NCBI GenBank assembly: GCA_910588545.1
Contig: CAJUOU010000001.1
Span: 547,975-611,974, forward strand
Direction of reading: 5' to 3'
Length of the DNA stretch: 64,000 nucleotides
Source of the DNA: an uncultured Christensenellaceae bacterium
GTDB taxonomy: Bacteria > Bacillota > Clostridia > Christensenellales > UBA3700
Shown here: one piece after another, positions 1 through 10,718 of the stretch
Position numbering within the stretch: position 1 is the first letter of the stretch
How the letters are laid out: each line of letters starts with the position of its first letter
Program-made: the position numbers and the translations under genes
Notes under the pieces: model-generated
Database searches by the model: none
What the model saw: the letters and a program-made list of their open reading frames with translations, nothing else
Told to the model about the DNA's origin: nothing

Positions 1-400
1 TACTAAATTTATCAGGATACCCCTCATCAAATACAACTCGAGTTATCCCTGAATTGATAATCATTTTTGCGCATATCGAGCAAGGTTGATGAGTGCAATA
101 CAAAGTTGCACCTTGTACACTTACTCCAAGTTTTGCTGCTTGAATAATAGCGTTTTGCTCCGCATGTACAGCATAGCAAATTTCGTGTCTTGTACCGCTT
201 GGAATATTCATTTGTTCCCTCAAGCAAAAACCTCTGTCCACACAGCTGGAAATTCCGCTGCCTGCACCATTATAACCTGTAGTTAAAATTCTTTTGTCTT
301 TTACGATAACGGCTCCGACTTTCCTATTAACCTTATAACAACTTGACCAAGTTGAAACAAGTTTTGCCATCCCCATCATTCTTTCATCCCATTTGTTCAT
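1..400 (-). CDS. comEB: dCMP deaminase (ComEB-type); C-terminus runs off the window edge
   Basis: Manual minus-strand translation from ATG at 400-398 gives [24 protein letters not shown]...HAEQNAI...PCSICAKMI. These are the HAE and PCxxC zinc-ligand motifs of cytidine/dCMP deaminases. GGGGG SD upstream. Absent from the ORF track because no stop lies in the window. Confidence 0.8.
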   Translation of the reverse strand, partial: MNKWDERMMGMAKLVSTWSSCYKVNRKVGAVIVKDKRILTTGYNGAGSGISSCVDRGFCLREQMNIPSGTRHEICYAVHAEQNAIIQAAKLGVSVQGATLYCTHQPCSICAKMIINSGITRVVFDEGYPDKFS

Positions 401-676
401 AACAACCCCCAAAAAATCAGATATTAATTACTCTTACATTTTACACCATAACCCAAAAAATATCAATCATTTTCAATTTTTTTTGTTATTAATTTTATTG
501 CGGACAAATATATAAATATATAATATCAATTTTTATTTTTAATTTTATAAATATATATTTCCTCTTAATTTTGTCGATAATAAGTAAAATATGTAAAAAA
601 TAATTTTGATTTTTACACACCAGCCCCCTTAAATTACCAAAATTTGTAATTTCTTTGAAAAATTGTCATTTTCTAC

Positions 677-705
677 TTAACAAATCGATATTGTTGTGCT
701 ATAAT
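677..705 (+). promoter_or_regulatory. sigma-A type promoter of groESL (TTAACA-17-TGcTATAAT)
   Basis: -35 ttaaca at 677-682, 17-nt spacer, extended -10 tgcTATAAT at 697-705, just upstream of the CIRCE element and groES. Confidence 0.6.
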
Positions 706-713
706 AAACAATG

Positions 714-740
714 TTAGCAGTCGAAGTGTTAGATTGCTAA
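714..740 (+). promoter_or_regulatory. CIRCE operator (HrcA binding site)
   Basis: TTAGCAgTC-N9-GAtTGCTAA matches the CIRCE consensus TTAGCACTC-N9-GAGTGCTAA. It sits between the promoter and groES. Confidence 0.85.
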
Positions 741-770
741 TTTACATAGTAATATTTTGGAGGTATATAT

Positions 771-2704
<1,934 letters not shown>

Positions 2705-2774
2705 TAAGAAATAAATATTAAACAGCTGCTAAATTTATAAATATAATATAAGTATTAAAAAACTGACATTAAAC

Positions 2775-2810
2775 AAAAAATCGGGACTAATTTAGTCCCG
2801 ATTTTTGTTA
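2775..2810 (+). terminator. rho-independent terminator after groEL
   Basis: Stem tcgggacta/tagtcccga followed by a T-run. Confidence 0.8.
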
Positions 2811-2868
2811 GGTTTTTTTAAAGTTTTAACATATTTTGGTGTTCGCAACAAAATATGTTAAACAAAAA

Positions 2869-2896
2869 AATGACTTTAAACTAAATTTAAAGTCAT
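2869..2896 (-). terminator. rho-independent terminator of the 2904..3608 gene
   Basis: aatgactttaaa/tttaaagtcatt hairpin; the minus-strand reading is followed by a T-run. Confidence 0.7.
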
Positions 2897-2903
2897 TTTT
2901 AAA

Positions 2904-3608
2904 TTATGCATTATCTATGTTGCTATCTTTCGGCTTACCATTACTTTCCTGCTCATTGTCTAAATTAGTATCTTCACAATCTGTTATATCAAAATCACTA
3001 AACACATCCTCTTTCGGATTCTCTTCTCCATTGTACATTATGTCATCGGGAGTTGTAGTTTTTGTGGTCTTTTTTATTATTTTATTTATTACCATAGTGA
3101 AATTTTTAAATACAAGATGCATCATCAAATCATATAGCAAAAACAATGGAATGCCTGCTAAACTTACAATTAAATAAGTCATTTCTATAGTGTTGCCAAA
3201 AATTATAAATGCAGGTATAAGCTTGTTAAACAAAAACCAAAAAATTGCTATAACTGCTTCAAAATATCCTATCTTGATTACATAAGCAACCGAATATTTG
3301 AGTATCTTGTTTTTGATAAGCGGAGACAATTTTTCTTCTATCAGCCACTGAACGAGCACATACGCACCAAAAAACAATATAAACGGCAAAGCATTGATAT
3401 TGCCAATCAAAAATGCAAAAATACTTGTTGAAACATAGGACAAAATTCCACCAAGCAAATATTTTTGAGTAAGCGGCATTTGAATACATATTGCCGATAA
3501 TACAGCTAATGACAATGTCATAAATTCTACATAAATAGAGCCGACAACACAAATAAGTGCCAATGCACAGGATATACCCGACAAAGCAATTATATGACTT
3601 CTTTTCAT
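2904..3608 (-). CDS. polytopic membrane protein with acidic C-terminal tail, function unknown
   Basis: 234 aa, about 5-6 hydrophobic helices, then a D/E/N-rich tail. No family motif recognised. Confidence 0.6.
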   Translation of the reverse strand: MKRSHIIALSGISCALALICVVGSIYVEFMTLSLAVLSAICIQMPLTQKYLLGGILSYVSTSIFAFLIGNINALPFILFFGAYVLVQWLIEEKLSPLIKNKILKYSVAYVIKIGYFEAVIAIFWFLFNKLIPAFIIFGNTIEMTYLIVSLAGIPLFLLYDLMMHLVFKNFTMVINKIIKKTTKTTTPDDIMYNGEENPKEDVFSDFDITDCEDTNLDNEQESNGKPKDSNIDNA

Positions 3609-3617
3609 TTACTCACC

Positions 3618-4322
3618 TTAGCAACAACTAATCAAATCGGCTCCGCAGCACTCACAACAGGTGTCACAGCAGTACAAAGTACAGCAAGTGTTGCAACATG
3701 CATCGGCATTTCTTTGAGAATTGCTCATTTGCGGCTCGGTATACCCACCTCTGTTTTGTTGTTGCGCACCGCTATATTGCTGACCTTGTTGATTTTGATT
3801 TGCAAACGGGTCAGATTGTGCCATATCTGCATTTAATTTGCGAAGAGCCTCGGCATACTTGTAATTTTTAGGGTCCATACTTACGCAAATTTCAAGCTGT
3901 GTCTTGCTATCGTTAAACCATTTTTTCTTGTAATAAACAATAGATTGGTAATAGTGCCACTCTGCATCCCTGCTATCAATACCATCAAGCTTGGACTGTG
4001 CCTCTACCAATTTATCTTCCTTGATAAGACGGCTTACATCCTCGTAAACTTTGTTTGAATCTGCAACAGTAGCTTTATCGTGTAAAATGTTTTGACATTC
4101 ATTGTATGCCCATTCTAACTCTTCAAGCTTTCTTATTGCTTCCGCACCTGCCTCTCCTTCAAGAAATCTATCTGCCTTATATTTGTTTTGCAAATTTGTA
4201 TAAGCGTCCTGCAATTCTGCAAAAGTCGCATCCTCACTGACACCTAATATTAAATACGGATTTTTTTGCAATTTTCTTTCCTCCCCAAAATATCTTGCGT
4301 TCTCATTAAAATGCCATACCAT
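3618..4322 (-). CDS. J-domain-like protein (HPD replaced by KAD) with Q-rich linker and poly-cysteine C-terminus
   Basis: NPYLILGVSEDATFAELQDAYTNLQNKYKADRF resembles a DnaJ J-domain but lacks HPD. The C-terminus is CCNTCCTLYCCDTCCECCGADLISCC. The start may instead be TTG at 4271, preceded by GGGGAGGAAAG. Confidence 0.7.
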   Translation of the reverse strand: MVWHFNENARYFGEERKLQKNPYLILGVSEDATFAELQDAYTNLQNKYKADRFLEGEAGAEAIRKLEELEWAYNECQNILHDKATVADSNKVYEDVSRLIKEDKLVEAQSKLDGIDSRDAEWHYYQSIVYYKKKWFNDSKTQLEICVSMDPKNYKYAEALRKLNADMAQSDPFANQNQQGQQYSGAQQQNRGGYTEPQMSNSQRNADACCNTCCTLYCCDTCCECCGADLISCC

Positions 4323-5137
4323 AAAATATTTGTAATAGCACCCTCATTAAATTTTAACTCTATATTTTTATATGCACTTTTTATTGCATTATAACATGTC
4401 ATAAGCAAAAATTCGATTTCTGCACCCTTATCTTCATAAAACTTGTCTTTATCTTGATAAGTATACCCCACAAAAAAAGGATTAAACTCGCCCTTCTTAT
4501 GGTCTTTATCCACATCGTCAATTCCGTCAATTATATAAACCCATTTACCCAAAAAGTAAAATAAATTTTCGATATTCTCAGTACACTTGCTGTCAAGCAC
4601 TATTTTTACGGCAACTTTCAACATATTTGCAAACGGGTCTGCAAGCATATCTATACTAGCCGTTCCTTGCTTTTCAAGCTCTCGCAATCTTGCATATTCA
4701 TCACAAAACAACTTGTCTAGCTCAGGGAAATGTTTTTTTGCTTTTTTATATTTACCGCTTACTACCAAGCTTTTTAGCATACTTTTAGCCAAGCTTTTTG
4801 CTAAATCGGATTTTTTACTGTCAAGCTTATCGTCAAGCAATTTATAATAGATTAAGAGTGTATTGATATCTACCACTTTATCAGTAAGCTCATCGCCTTT
4901 TACTACCGATTTCTTTTTAGGAGATAAAATACACGGCTCGCTATTATAATTTGGTTTTATTTCCATCACTGCGTGGCAAAACATATCAAAAAACACCATA
5001 TCGTAATTGGTTGTCAATCTCATAAACTGCCCGCAATCTTTGCCGATACGCTTACAAAGACCACAATAATAAGCTTTGTAATTATAGTAATCTTTCATAA
5101 ACATATTCATTTTATCGGGAATAACATAACCAAACAT
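4250..5137 (-). CDS. conserved Firmicutes protein of unknown function (resembles DUF5685)
   Basis: 295 aa, N-terminus MFGYVIPDK...YYCGLCKRIGKDCGQFMRLTTNYD recalled as typical of DUF5685. Overlaps the downstream J-like gene. Confidence 0.6.
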   Translation of the reverse strand: MFGYVIPDKMNMFMKDYYNYKAYYCGLCKRIGKDCGQFMRLTTNYDMVFFDMFCHAVMEIKPNYNSEPCILSPKKKSVVKGDELTDKVVDINTLLIYYKLLDDKLDSKKSDLAKSLAKSMLKSLVVSGKYKKAKKHFPELDKLFCDEYARLRELEKQGTASIDMLADPFANMLKVAVKIVLDSKCTENIENLFYFLGKWVYIIDGIDDVDKDHKKGEFNPFFVGYTYQDKDKFYEDKGAEIEFLLMTCYNAIKSAYKNIELKFNEGAITNILWYGILMRTQDILGRKENCKKIRI

Positions 5138-6135
5138 TATAGCTGCACCAATCCGACTTTTTTATAAACTTTGCGCAATGTCTTACGGGCTATGCTTGAC
5201 GCTTGCTCTTGTCCTGCTTTTGCTATAGCCAAAAGACCATCTTTGTCTTTTATCAGTTCGTCATACCTTGCTTTTATAGGGGAAAGTAAATCCACAACAC
5301 TTACACCAACTGCTTCCTTCAATGCAGCGTAGCTCAAACCTTGCAACTCTTTTACTGCATGCTCAACACTTATGCCTTTGCTACAAGCGTAAATGGTAAT
5401 TAAGTTTGTAATACCCGGTTTGTCCTCTCCGATTCTTATCTCATTATCACTATCCGTAACCGCTCTTTTAAATTTACGCATTATATCGTCCTGGCTGTCC
5501 AAAATAGAAATAGTTGCATTTAAATTGCTATCGCTTTTGCTCATTTTGGCAAGCGGATTTTGCAAACTCATTATTTTTGCTCCTACCTTTGAAATATAAG
5601 GTTCAGGTACGGTAAATGTTGGGCTGTAAGCATTGTTGAACCTTGCCGCTAAATCGCGTGCAATCTCCAAATGTTGTTTTTGGTCAACTCCCACAGGTAC
5701 AAGTGATGTATTGTAAAGCAAAATATCTGCTGCCATTAAAACAGGATAATCCATCAATCCCATATTAATGTTGTCAGGATGTTTTTGTGATTTTTCCTTA
5801 AATTGAGTCATACGGCTTGCTTCGCCTATATAAGTTATACAATTTAAAATCCATGTAAGCTCTGCATGTTCATGTACATGTGATTGGAAATACATAATGT
5901 TTTTTTGCGGGTCCAAGCCGCAAGCCAAATACTGTGCAAAAAATGACAATGCACGATTTCTAAATTCGCTTGGAACTTGCCTTACCGTTAAAGAGTGCAA
6001 ATCTGCAATACTGAATATACACTGATACTCGTCGTTATCTTGCAATTTTAGCCAATTTGAAAGTGCTCCTATATAATTACCCAAAGTAACTAAGCCCGTT
6101 GGTTGAATACCGCTGTAAATGATTTTTTTGTCCAT
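5137..6135 (-). CDS. trpS: tryptophan--tRNA ligase
   Basis: 332 aa, class I signatures (GIQPTG...LGNY; KMSKS). Confidence 0.95.
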   Translation of the reverse strand: MDKKIIYSGIQPTGLVTLGNYIGALSNWLKLQDNDEYQCIFSIADLHSLTVRQVPSEFRNRALSFFAQYLACGLDPQKNIMYFQSHVHEHAELTWILNCITYIGEASRMTQFKEKSQKHPDNINMGLMDYPVLMAADILLYNTSLVPVGVDQKQHLEIARDLAARFNNAYSPTFTVPEPYISKVGAKIMSLQNPLAKMSKSDSNLNATISILDSQDDIMRKFKRAVTDSDNEIRIGEDKPGITNLITIYACSKGISVEHAVKELQGLSYAALKEAVGVSVVDLLSPIKARYDELIKDKDGLLAIAKAGQEQASSIARKTLRKVYKKVGLVQL

Positions 6136-6445
6136 AAAGCACCTCCATTAAATAAATTCTAGTAAATTATACCATATATTTTAATAAAAGTAAATAGTTT
6201 TTAATCTTATTTTAATTATAAAGGTCTCAAATCAAGCATTGAATGTGTAAAATAAATAATACATTCTCTAGTATTTTTAACTATAAACACAGTAATGATG
6301 TTTTTTTTAATTATCTCAGTTAAAAAATCAATTCCAACAAAAAAAACATTCAAAAATCGACATTATTTTTAATTTCTTCATATTTTTATTGAAGTTTAAC
6401 CTTTTGATTTTAGATGTCTCTCAGTATGTGTAATGCAATATCAAT

Positions 6446-6474
6446 TTGACATTATACATTAATTATGATATAAT
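6446..6474 (+). promoter_or_regulatory. consensus sigma-A promoter (TTGACA-17-TATAAT with TG extension)
   Basis: ttgaca at 6446-6451, 17-nt spacer, tgaTATAAT with TATAAT at 6469-6474. It lies 36 nt upstream of a micro-ORF. Confidence 0.7.
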
Positions 6475-6509
6475 ATTGTTATCAATATAAATCACAAGGA
6501 AAAAGAGAA

Positions 6510-6632
6510 ATGGATTTTAACAATATTAACGATAGTATAAATCAATTTATTACTTATACTTTTATTAACGAAAAAATTTTGGATGACGATTCAAATAATA
6601 ACAATTCAGACGATGACAAATCCGACGATTAA
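6510..6632 (+). CDS. 40-aa acidic micro-protein (MDFNNINDSINQFITYTFINEKILDDDSNNNNSDDDKSDD)
   Basis: ORF below the track cutoff. It has an AAGGAAAAAGAG SD-like purine run, a perfect promoter upstream and a strong hairpin terminator right after the stop. Confidence 0.5.
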   Translation: MDFNNINDSINQFITYTFINEKILDDDSNNNNSDDDKSDD

Positions 6633-6645
6633 ATATTTTAACGAT

Positions 6646-6678
6646 AAAAAATTGTGTGATATTATCACACAATTTTTT
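6646..6678. terminator. bidirectional rho-independent terminator shared by two convergent micro-genes
   Basis: aattgtgtgat/atcacacaatt stem flanked by an A-run and a T-run. Confidence 0.75.
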
Positions 6679-6680
6679 AT

Positions 6681-6818
6681 TTAGTCCATCATTTCTTTAT
6701 ATTTGCTTTTCATTTTTCTAGCAATTTTTTTCATTGTTTTTTCTATTTTATTTTCTGACATACACGCATAAGTTGCAACTGCGCCTGCCGTGATACCAAG
6801 CAGAATTCCAACTTTCAT
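6681..6818 (-). CDS. 45-aa small membrane/amphipathic protein (MKVGILLGITAGAVATYACMSENKIEKTMKKIARKMKSKYKEMMD)
   Basis: GGGGAGGTG SD 6 nt upstream of the ATG at 6818. One N-terminal hydrophobic helix plus a basic tail. Ends at the shared terminator. Confidence 0.55.
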   Translation of the reverse strand: MKVGILLGITAGAVATYACMSENKIEKTMKKIARKMKSKYKEMMD

Positions 6819-7027
6819 AATTCACCTCCCCACTATAGTTTGTATAATTAAAGGCAAATTATTAAATAATAATTATATTTTACAATATGATTAAATATCT
6901 ATTTATCCAAACAATTTTACACATAAATTAATTAGTATAAAACAGCAAAAAAAATAAATATTATCTTTTTATCACTACCCTAAAAATTAAAATGCCACCT
7001 TATATCGGTAGCATTTTAATTATTATA

Positions 7028-7399
7028 TTAGTTATTCTTTTTGTCACGGTAATCTTCTACCGCTTTTTTTATTGCTTCTTCGGCTAAAACAGAACAGTGA
7101 ATTTTTTGTGGTGGCAAACCTTGAAGAGTTTCAACTACATCTTTATTTTTAATTTCCAATGCTTCGTCTAAAGTTTTACCAATAACCATTTGAGTTGCAA
7201 CAGAACTACTAGCAATAGCTGCTGCACAACCGAATGTCCTAAACTTAGCATCTGTTATGATATCATTGTCTATCTTCAAACTGATTTCCATAATATCGCC
7301 GCAAGATGCATTACCTACTTTTCCTACGCCGTCTGCATTTTCAATAAAACCTACATTTTTAGGCTCAGCAAATTCTTTCATTACTCTTTCGTTATACAT
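7028..7399 (-). CDS. nifU: Fe-S cluster assembly scaffold NifU/IscU
   Basis: 123 aa, GNASCGD...FGCAAAIASSS...HCSVLA (the three conserved Cys). Confidence 0.93.
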   Translation of the reverse strand: MYNERVMKEFAEPKNVGFIENADGVGKVGNASCGDIMEISLKIDNDIITDAKFRTFGCAAAIASSSVATQMVIGKTLDEALEIKNKDVVETLQGLPPQKIHCSVLAEEAIKKAVEDYRDKKNN

Positions 7400-8582
7400 A
7401 CTTGTTTTCTCCTTTTTTAATCAAAAATAATGGCGACAACTCTCTTAAATCTTGTACTATCTTAACCAAATTTTGTACGCAATAGTCAATTTCTTGCTTT
7501 GTATTGTTTTTGCCAAAGCTAAATCTCAATGAGCCGTGTGCAAGTTCGATAGCTCTGCCTGTTGCAAGCAATACATAAGATGGCTCTAAGCTGCCTGACG
7601 AGCAAGCTGACCCGCTTGAAACGGAAATTCCTGCCAAATCAAGCCTTAACAAAAGCGATTCGCCCTCTATAAATTCAAAACTGAAATTAGCATTTGAAGC
7701 CAATCTTTTATCGGATTTTGTTCCGTTATAATAAACATTATCAATCTTACTTTCTACCTGTGCTACAAAATAGTCCCTTAGCTCGGATACATATTTGTTG
7801 TTTTTTTCTATATCTCTGGTAGCAATTTCAATAGCCTTGCCCATTCCAACAATACCGGGGGTATTTAATGTACCTGCTCTCATATTTCGCTCTTGCTCGC
7901 CGCCCGTCATGTAACTACCGAGTTTAATGCCGTTACGTCTATACAAAACACCTATGCCTTTTGGACCGTAAAATTTGTGAGCAGACATTGAAAGTAAATC
8001 GATATTCATTTCCTTTACATCTATTTTAACATTACCTATTGCTTGCACTGCATCAGTATGAAAAATAATGTTGTTTGCTTTTGCAATAGCGCCTATTTCC
8101 TTTATGTCCTGAATTGTTCCTATTTCGTTATTTGCAGTCATTACGGATATCAAAACGGTATCCGGTCTAATTGCATTTTTTAATTCCTCCAAGCAAATAA
8201 AACCCTCGCTGTCAACGCCCAAAAATGTTACTTCAGCCAAGCCATTTTTTTGCAAACTTTCCAAGGTTTTAATCATTGCAGGGTGCTCAATACAAGTGGT
8301 TATAATATGTTTTCCCTTTGCCTTATAGCCTGACAAAACTCCACGTATCGTCCAATTATCCGATTCGGTACCGCCGCTTGTAAAATAAATTTCACCGGGC
8401 TTTGCACCTATTGCATCCGCAACCTGACGTCTTGCTATATCTATATATTTTCCCGCTTCTCTGCCATGGGAATGTTGAGAACTGCCATTGCCATATATAT
8501 CCGTAAAAAACGGTAACATTTCTTTAACAACTTCCTCACTTGTAGGTGTTGTTGCCGAATGGTCAAAATAAATTCTATTCAT
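7392..8582 (-). CDS. nifS: cysteine desulfurase NifS/IscS
   Basis: 396 aa, class V aminotransferase, SAHKFYGPKG (PLP Lys), SSGSACSS active-site loop. Confidence 0.93.
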   Translation of the reverse strand: MNRIYFDHSATTPTSEEVVKEMLPFFTDIYGNGSSQHSHGREAGKYIDIARRQVADAIGAKPGEIYFTSGGTESDNWTIRGVLSGYKAKGKHIITTCIEHPAMIKTLESLQKNGLAEVTFLGVDSEGFICLEELKNAIRPDTVLISVMTANNEIGTIQDIKEIGAIAKANNIIFHTDAVQAIGNVKIDVKEMNIDLLSMSAHKFYGPKGIGVLYRRNGIKLGSYMTGGEQERNMRAGTLNTPGIVGMGKAIEIATRDIEKNNKYVSELRDYFVAQVESKIDNVYYNGTKSDKRLASNANFSFEFIEGESLLLRLDLAGISVSSGSACSSGSLEPSYVLLATGRAIELAHGSLRFSFGKNNTKQEIDYCVQNLVKIVQDLRELSPLFLIKKGENKYV

Positions 8583-8973
8583 TTTCTTCTCCTTCGCAAA
8601 TCTCTATTAGTTTCATATTATCTAAGGAATTATTTATCGTATCATAAAGCTTTTGCCAAACAGTGTAACATTTGCACTTTTTTTCACATTCTCCGCTTAT
8701 ACATTCTACAAACTTCAAATCGTCTTCCAATGCTCGCAAAATTTCGCCCACGCTGATATCGTAAGGACTTCTTGCAAGTTTGTATCCACCGCCCGCACCG
8801 CGAATGGAAACAATAAGCCCGGCACGTTTAAGTATTGCCATAAGTTGTTCTAGATAAGCTTCGGATGTACTTGTGCTTTCCGCAATTTGCAAAGTGCTTA
8901 CCACTTCGTCGTATTTTACGGCAAGTTCACACATTGCTTTTAAGCCATATCTTGATTTGGATGATAACTTCAT
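8575..8973 (-). CDS. iscR: Rrf2-family regulator (IscR-like)
   Basis: 132 aa, MKLSSKSRYGL... wHTH, C-terminal Cys cluster. First gene of the nifS-nifU operon. Confidence 0.85.
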   Translation of the reverse strand: MKLSSKSRYGLKAMCELAVKYDEVVSTLQIAESTSTSEAYLEQLMAILKRAGLIVSIRGAGGGYKLARSPYDISVGEILRALEDDLKFVECISGECEKKCKCYTVWQKLYDTINNSLDNMKLIEICEGEENE

Positions 8974-9099
8974 AATTTTAATTCCTACTATTTTACTAGG
9001 ATTTATTTTATCACAACTTTTTTATATTGTCAACAACTTTCATACTACCCTTAAAATAATTATTATGTAAAATTTGCTATATTTAAAAAAATGAAACAA

Positions 9100-9801
9100 T
9101 TACTTTATTATAAGATTATTTTCAATCAAATAGTCTTTCATTTTTTGCAATGCTTTTTTTTCTATCCTGCTTACATACGAGCGTGAAATTTGCATTTTTG
9201 TTGCTATTTCTATTTGAGTGTAAACTGCTGAATTTTGCAGTCCGTATCTAAGTTGGATTATCTCATATTCTCTGTCTGTTAGTATTTTTTTCATTATATC
9301 CAATAGTTTTTCCGCCATTATTTCATTTTCTACTTGCCCATAAACGCTTTCCTCGTCTGTCGCAATAATATCAATAAATGATATTTCATTACCATCTTTA
9401 TCAAAACTTAGCGGCTCATATAATGAACGGTCTTGTATTCTTTTTTTAGACGCCCTCAAAGTCATCAGTATCTCGTTTTCAATACACCTTGCGGCATAAG
9501 TTGCAAGTCCTGTTCCTTTGCCTTTTGAATAGGTTTTTACCGCTTTTATAAGTCCCAGAGAGCCAACGGATATCAACTCGTCGGTATCATAATAATTATT
9601 GTATTTTTTTACTACATGTATAACAAGTCTCATATTGTGCTTAATAAGTTTATCCCTTGCATCAATGTCTCCCTCCGCTATTTTATCAAGCAGTTCCGAC
9701 TCTGTTTGTTTATCAAGTGGCTTAGGAAAATTTCCGTCAGACCCAACGTAACAAGTTTGAAAAATAACATTGGATAAAAAATCAAATACTCCTGAAATCA
9801 T
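9100..9801 (-). CDS. sigK: sporulation sigma factor pro-sigma-K, uninterrupted
   Basis: 233 aa. N-terminal pro-sequence then FPKPL...HNMRLVIHVVKKY...KGTGLATYAARCIENEILM closely parallels B. subtilis SigK. Confidence 0.85.
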   Translation of the reverse strand: MISGVFDFLSNVIFQTCYVGSDGNFPKPLDKQTESELLDKIAEGDIDARDKLIKHNMRLVIHVVKKYNNYYDTDELISVGSLGLIKAVKTYSKGKGTGLATYAARCIENEILMTLRASKKRIQDRSLYEPLSFDKDGNEISFIDIIATDEESVYGQVENEIMAEKLLDIMKKILTDREYEIIQLRYGLQNSAVYTQIEIATKMQISRSYVSRIEKKALQKMKDYLIENNLIIK

Positions 9802-9999
9802 AAATTCACCTCATATTTACTTTATTTCACAAAAAAAATATAATTACATAAACCAAGCTTACTGCTTGTTTCTTTTTTACACTTGATTGCGATTTTGTAT
9901 AAAATGAGACAAATTTAATTTAAAATTTAACAACAAATCACGTTTTTAATAGCGTTAATTTTTCATTTATACGTTTAATAACAGTAATACTACGCAATT

Positions 10000-10030
10000 A
10001 AAAAAGGCGAACAAAAGTTCGCCTTTTTTT
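10000..10030. terminator. bidirectional terminator downstream of hup
   Basis: ggcgaac-aaaa-gttcgcc flanked by A6 and T7. Confidence 0.8.
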
Positions 10031-10088
10031 CACACAGTAACAGAAAAACAACACCCTTTAAGAGTGCTGTTTTTGTTAGTAATCAAAA

Positions 10089-10364
10089 TTAAGCATTTAA
10101 GAAGTCTTTTAGAGACTTAGTTGCCTTGAAAGCAACAGAATTGCTAGCTGCAATATTGATTGTCTCGCCGGTGTGTGGGTTGCGACCTGTTCTAGCAGGT
10201 TTTGCTTTTAGCTCAAAGCTACCTAAACCTTGAACAACAACTTTGTCTTTCTTTGCCACATTTTCAGCAATAGCTTTTGTAAAAGCATCCATAACTTTTG
10301 CTACATCAACTTGAGTCATACCGGACTCGCTTGCAATACTTGCGATAAGTTCTTTATTAGTCAT
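10089..10364 (-). CDS. hup: DNA-binding protein HU
   Basis: 91 aa, MTNKELIA...GFGSFE-like...RTGRNPHTGE arm. Confidence 0.95.
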   Translation of the reverse strand: MTNKELIASIASESGMTQVDVAKVMDAFTKAIAENVAKKDKVVVQGLGSFELKAKPARTGRNPHTGETINIAASNSVAFKATKSLKDFLNA

Positions 10365-10718
10365 TTTATTCCTCCTAATTGTACATTCATAAATGATAAT
10401 ATTTTTTATGAACTTTTAATCTTATTTAAATTATACCATATTATGGACAAGTAATCAATAGTTTATGAAATTTTATACATATTTTTGACATATATTTTGC
10501 CTAATCTTTAGATAATGTCAATAATTTTATATAAAAATTAAATTTTAGTACCGATTTTTAGGGGATTATTTTTTATTTAATAATTTTTTTATTGAACAAT
10601 TTATGCAAAATTATTAGCATTTACAAGCATTTTGCGATTGTAAATGCATTTAAATCCAAATAGATTACCTTAACTTTACAATCTATATACCTATATAATA
10701 CATATTTGTCGTACAAAA

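Noticed and set aside
27-286. Two 66-aa ORFs at the window start
   Set aside because: Both overlap the dCMP deaminase reading frame, which carries clear catalytic motifs. They are alternative-frame artefacts.
6136-6445. Expected T-box leader upstream of trpS
   Set aside because: I looked on the minus strand for the conserved T-box sequence (AGGGTGGTACCGCG-like) and a specifier/antiterminator arrangement. The region is almost pure AT with no such element.
9100-9801. Possible skin-like interruption of sigK
   Set aside because: The ORF is continuous from the pro-sequence through region 4, so there is no intervening element.
10617-10647. 9-bp hairpin gcatttaca/tgtaaatgc downstream of the DEAD-box helicase gene
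   Set aside because: It is probably just a weak terminator. The U-tract is poor and nothing else distinguishes it.
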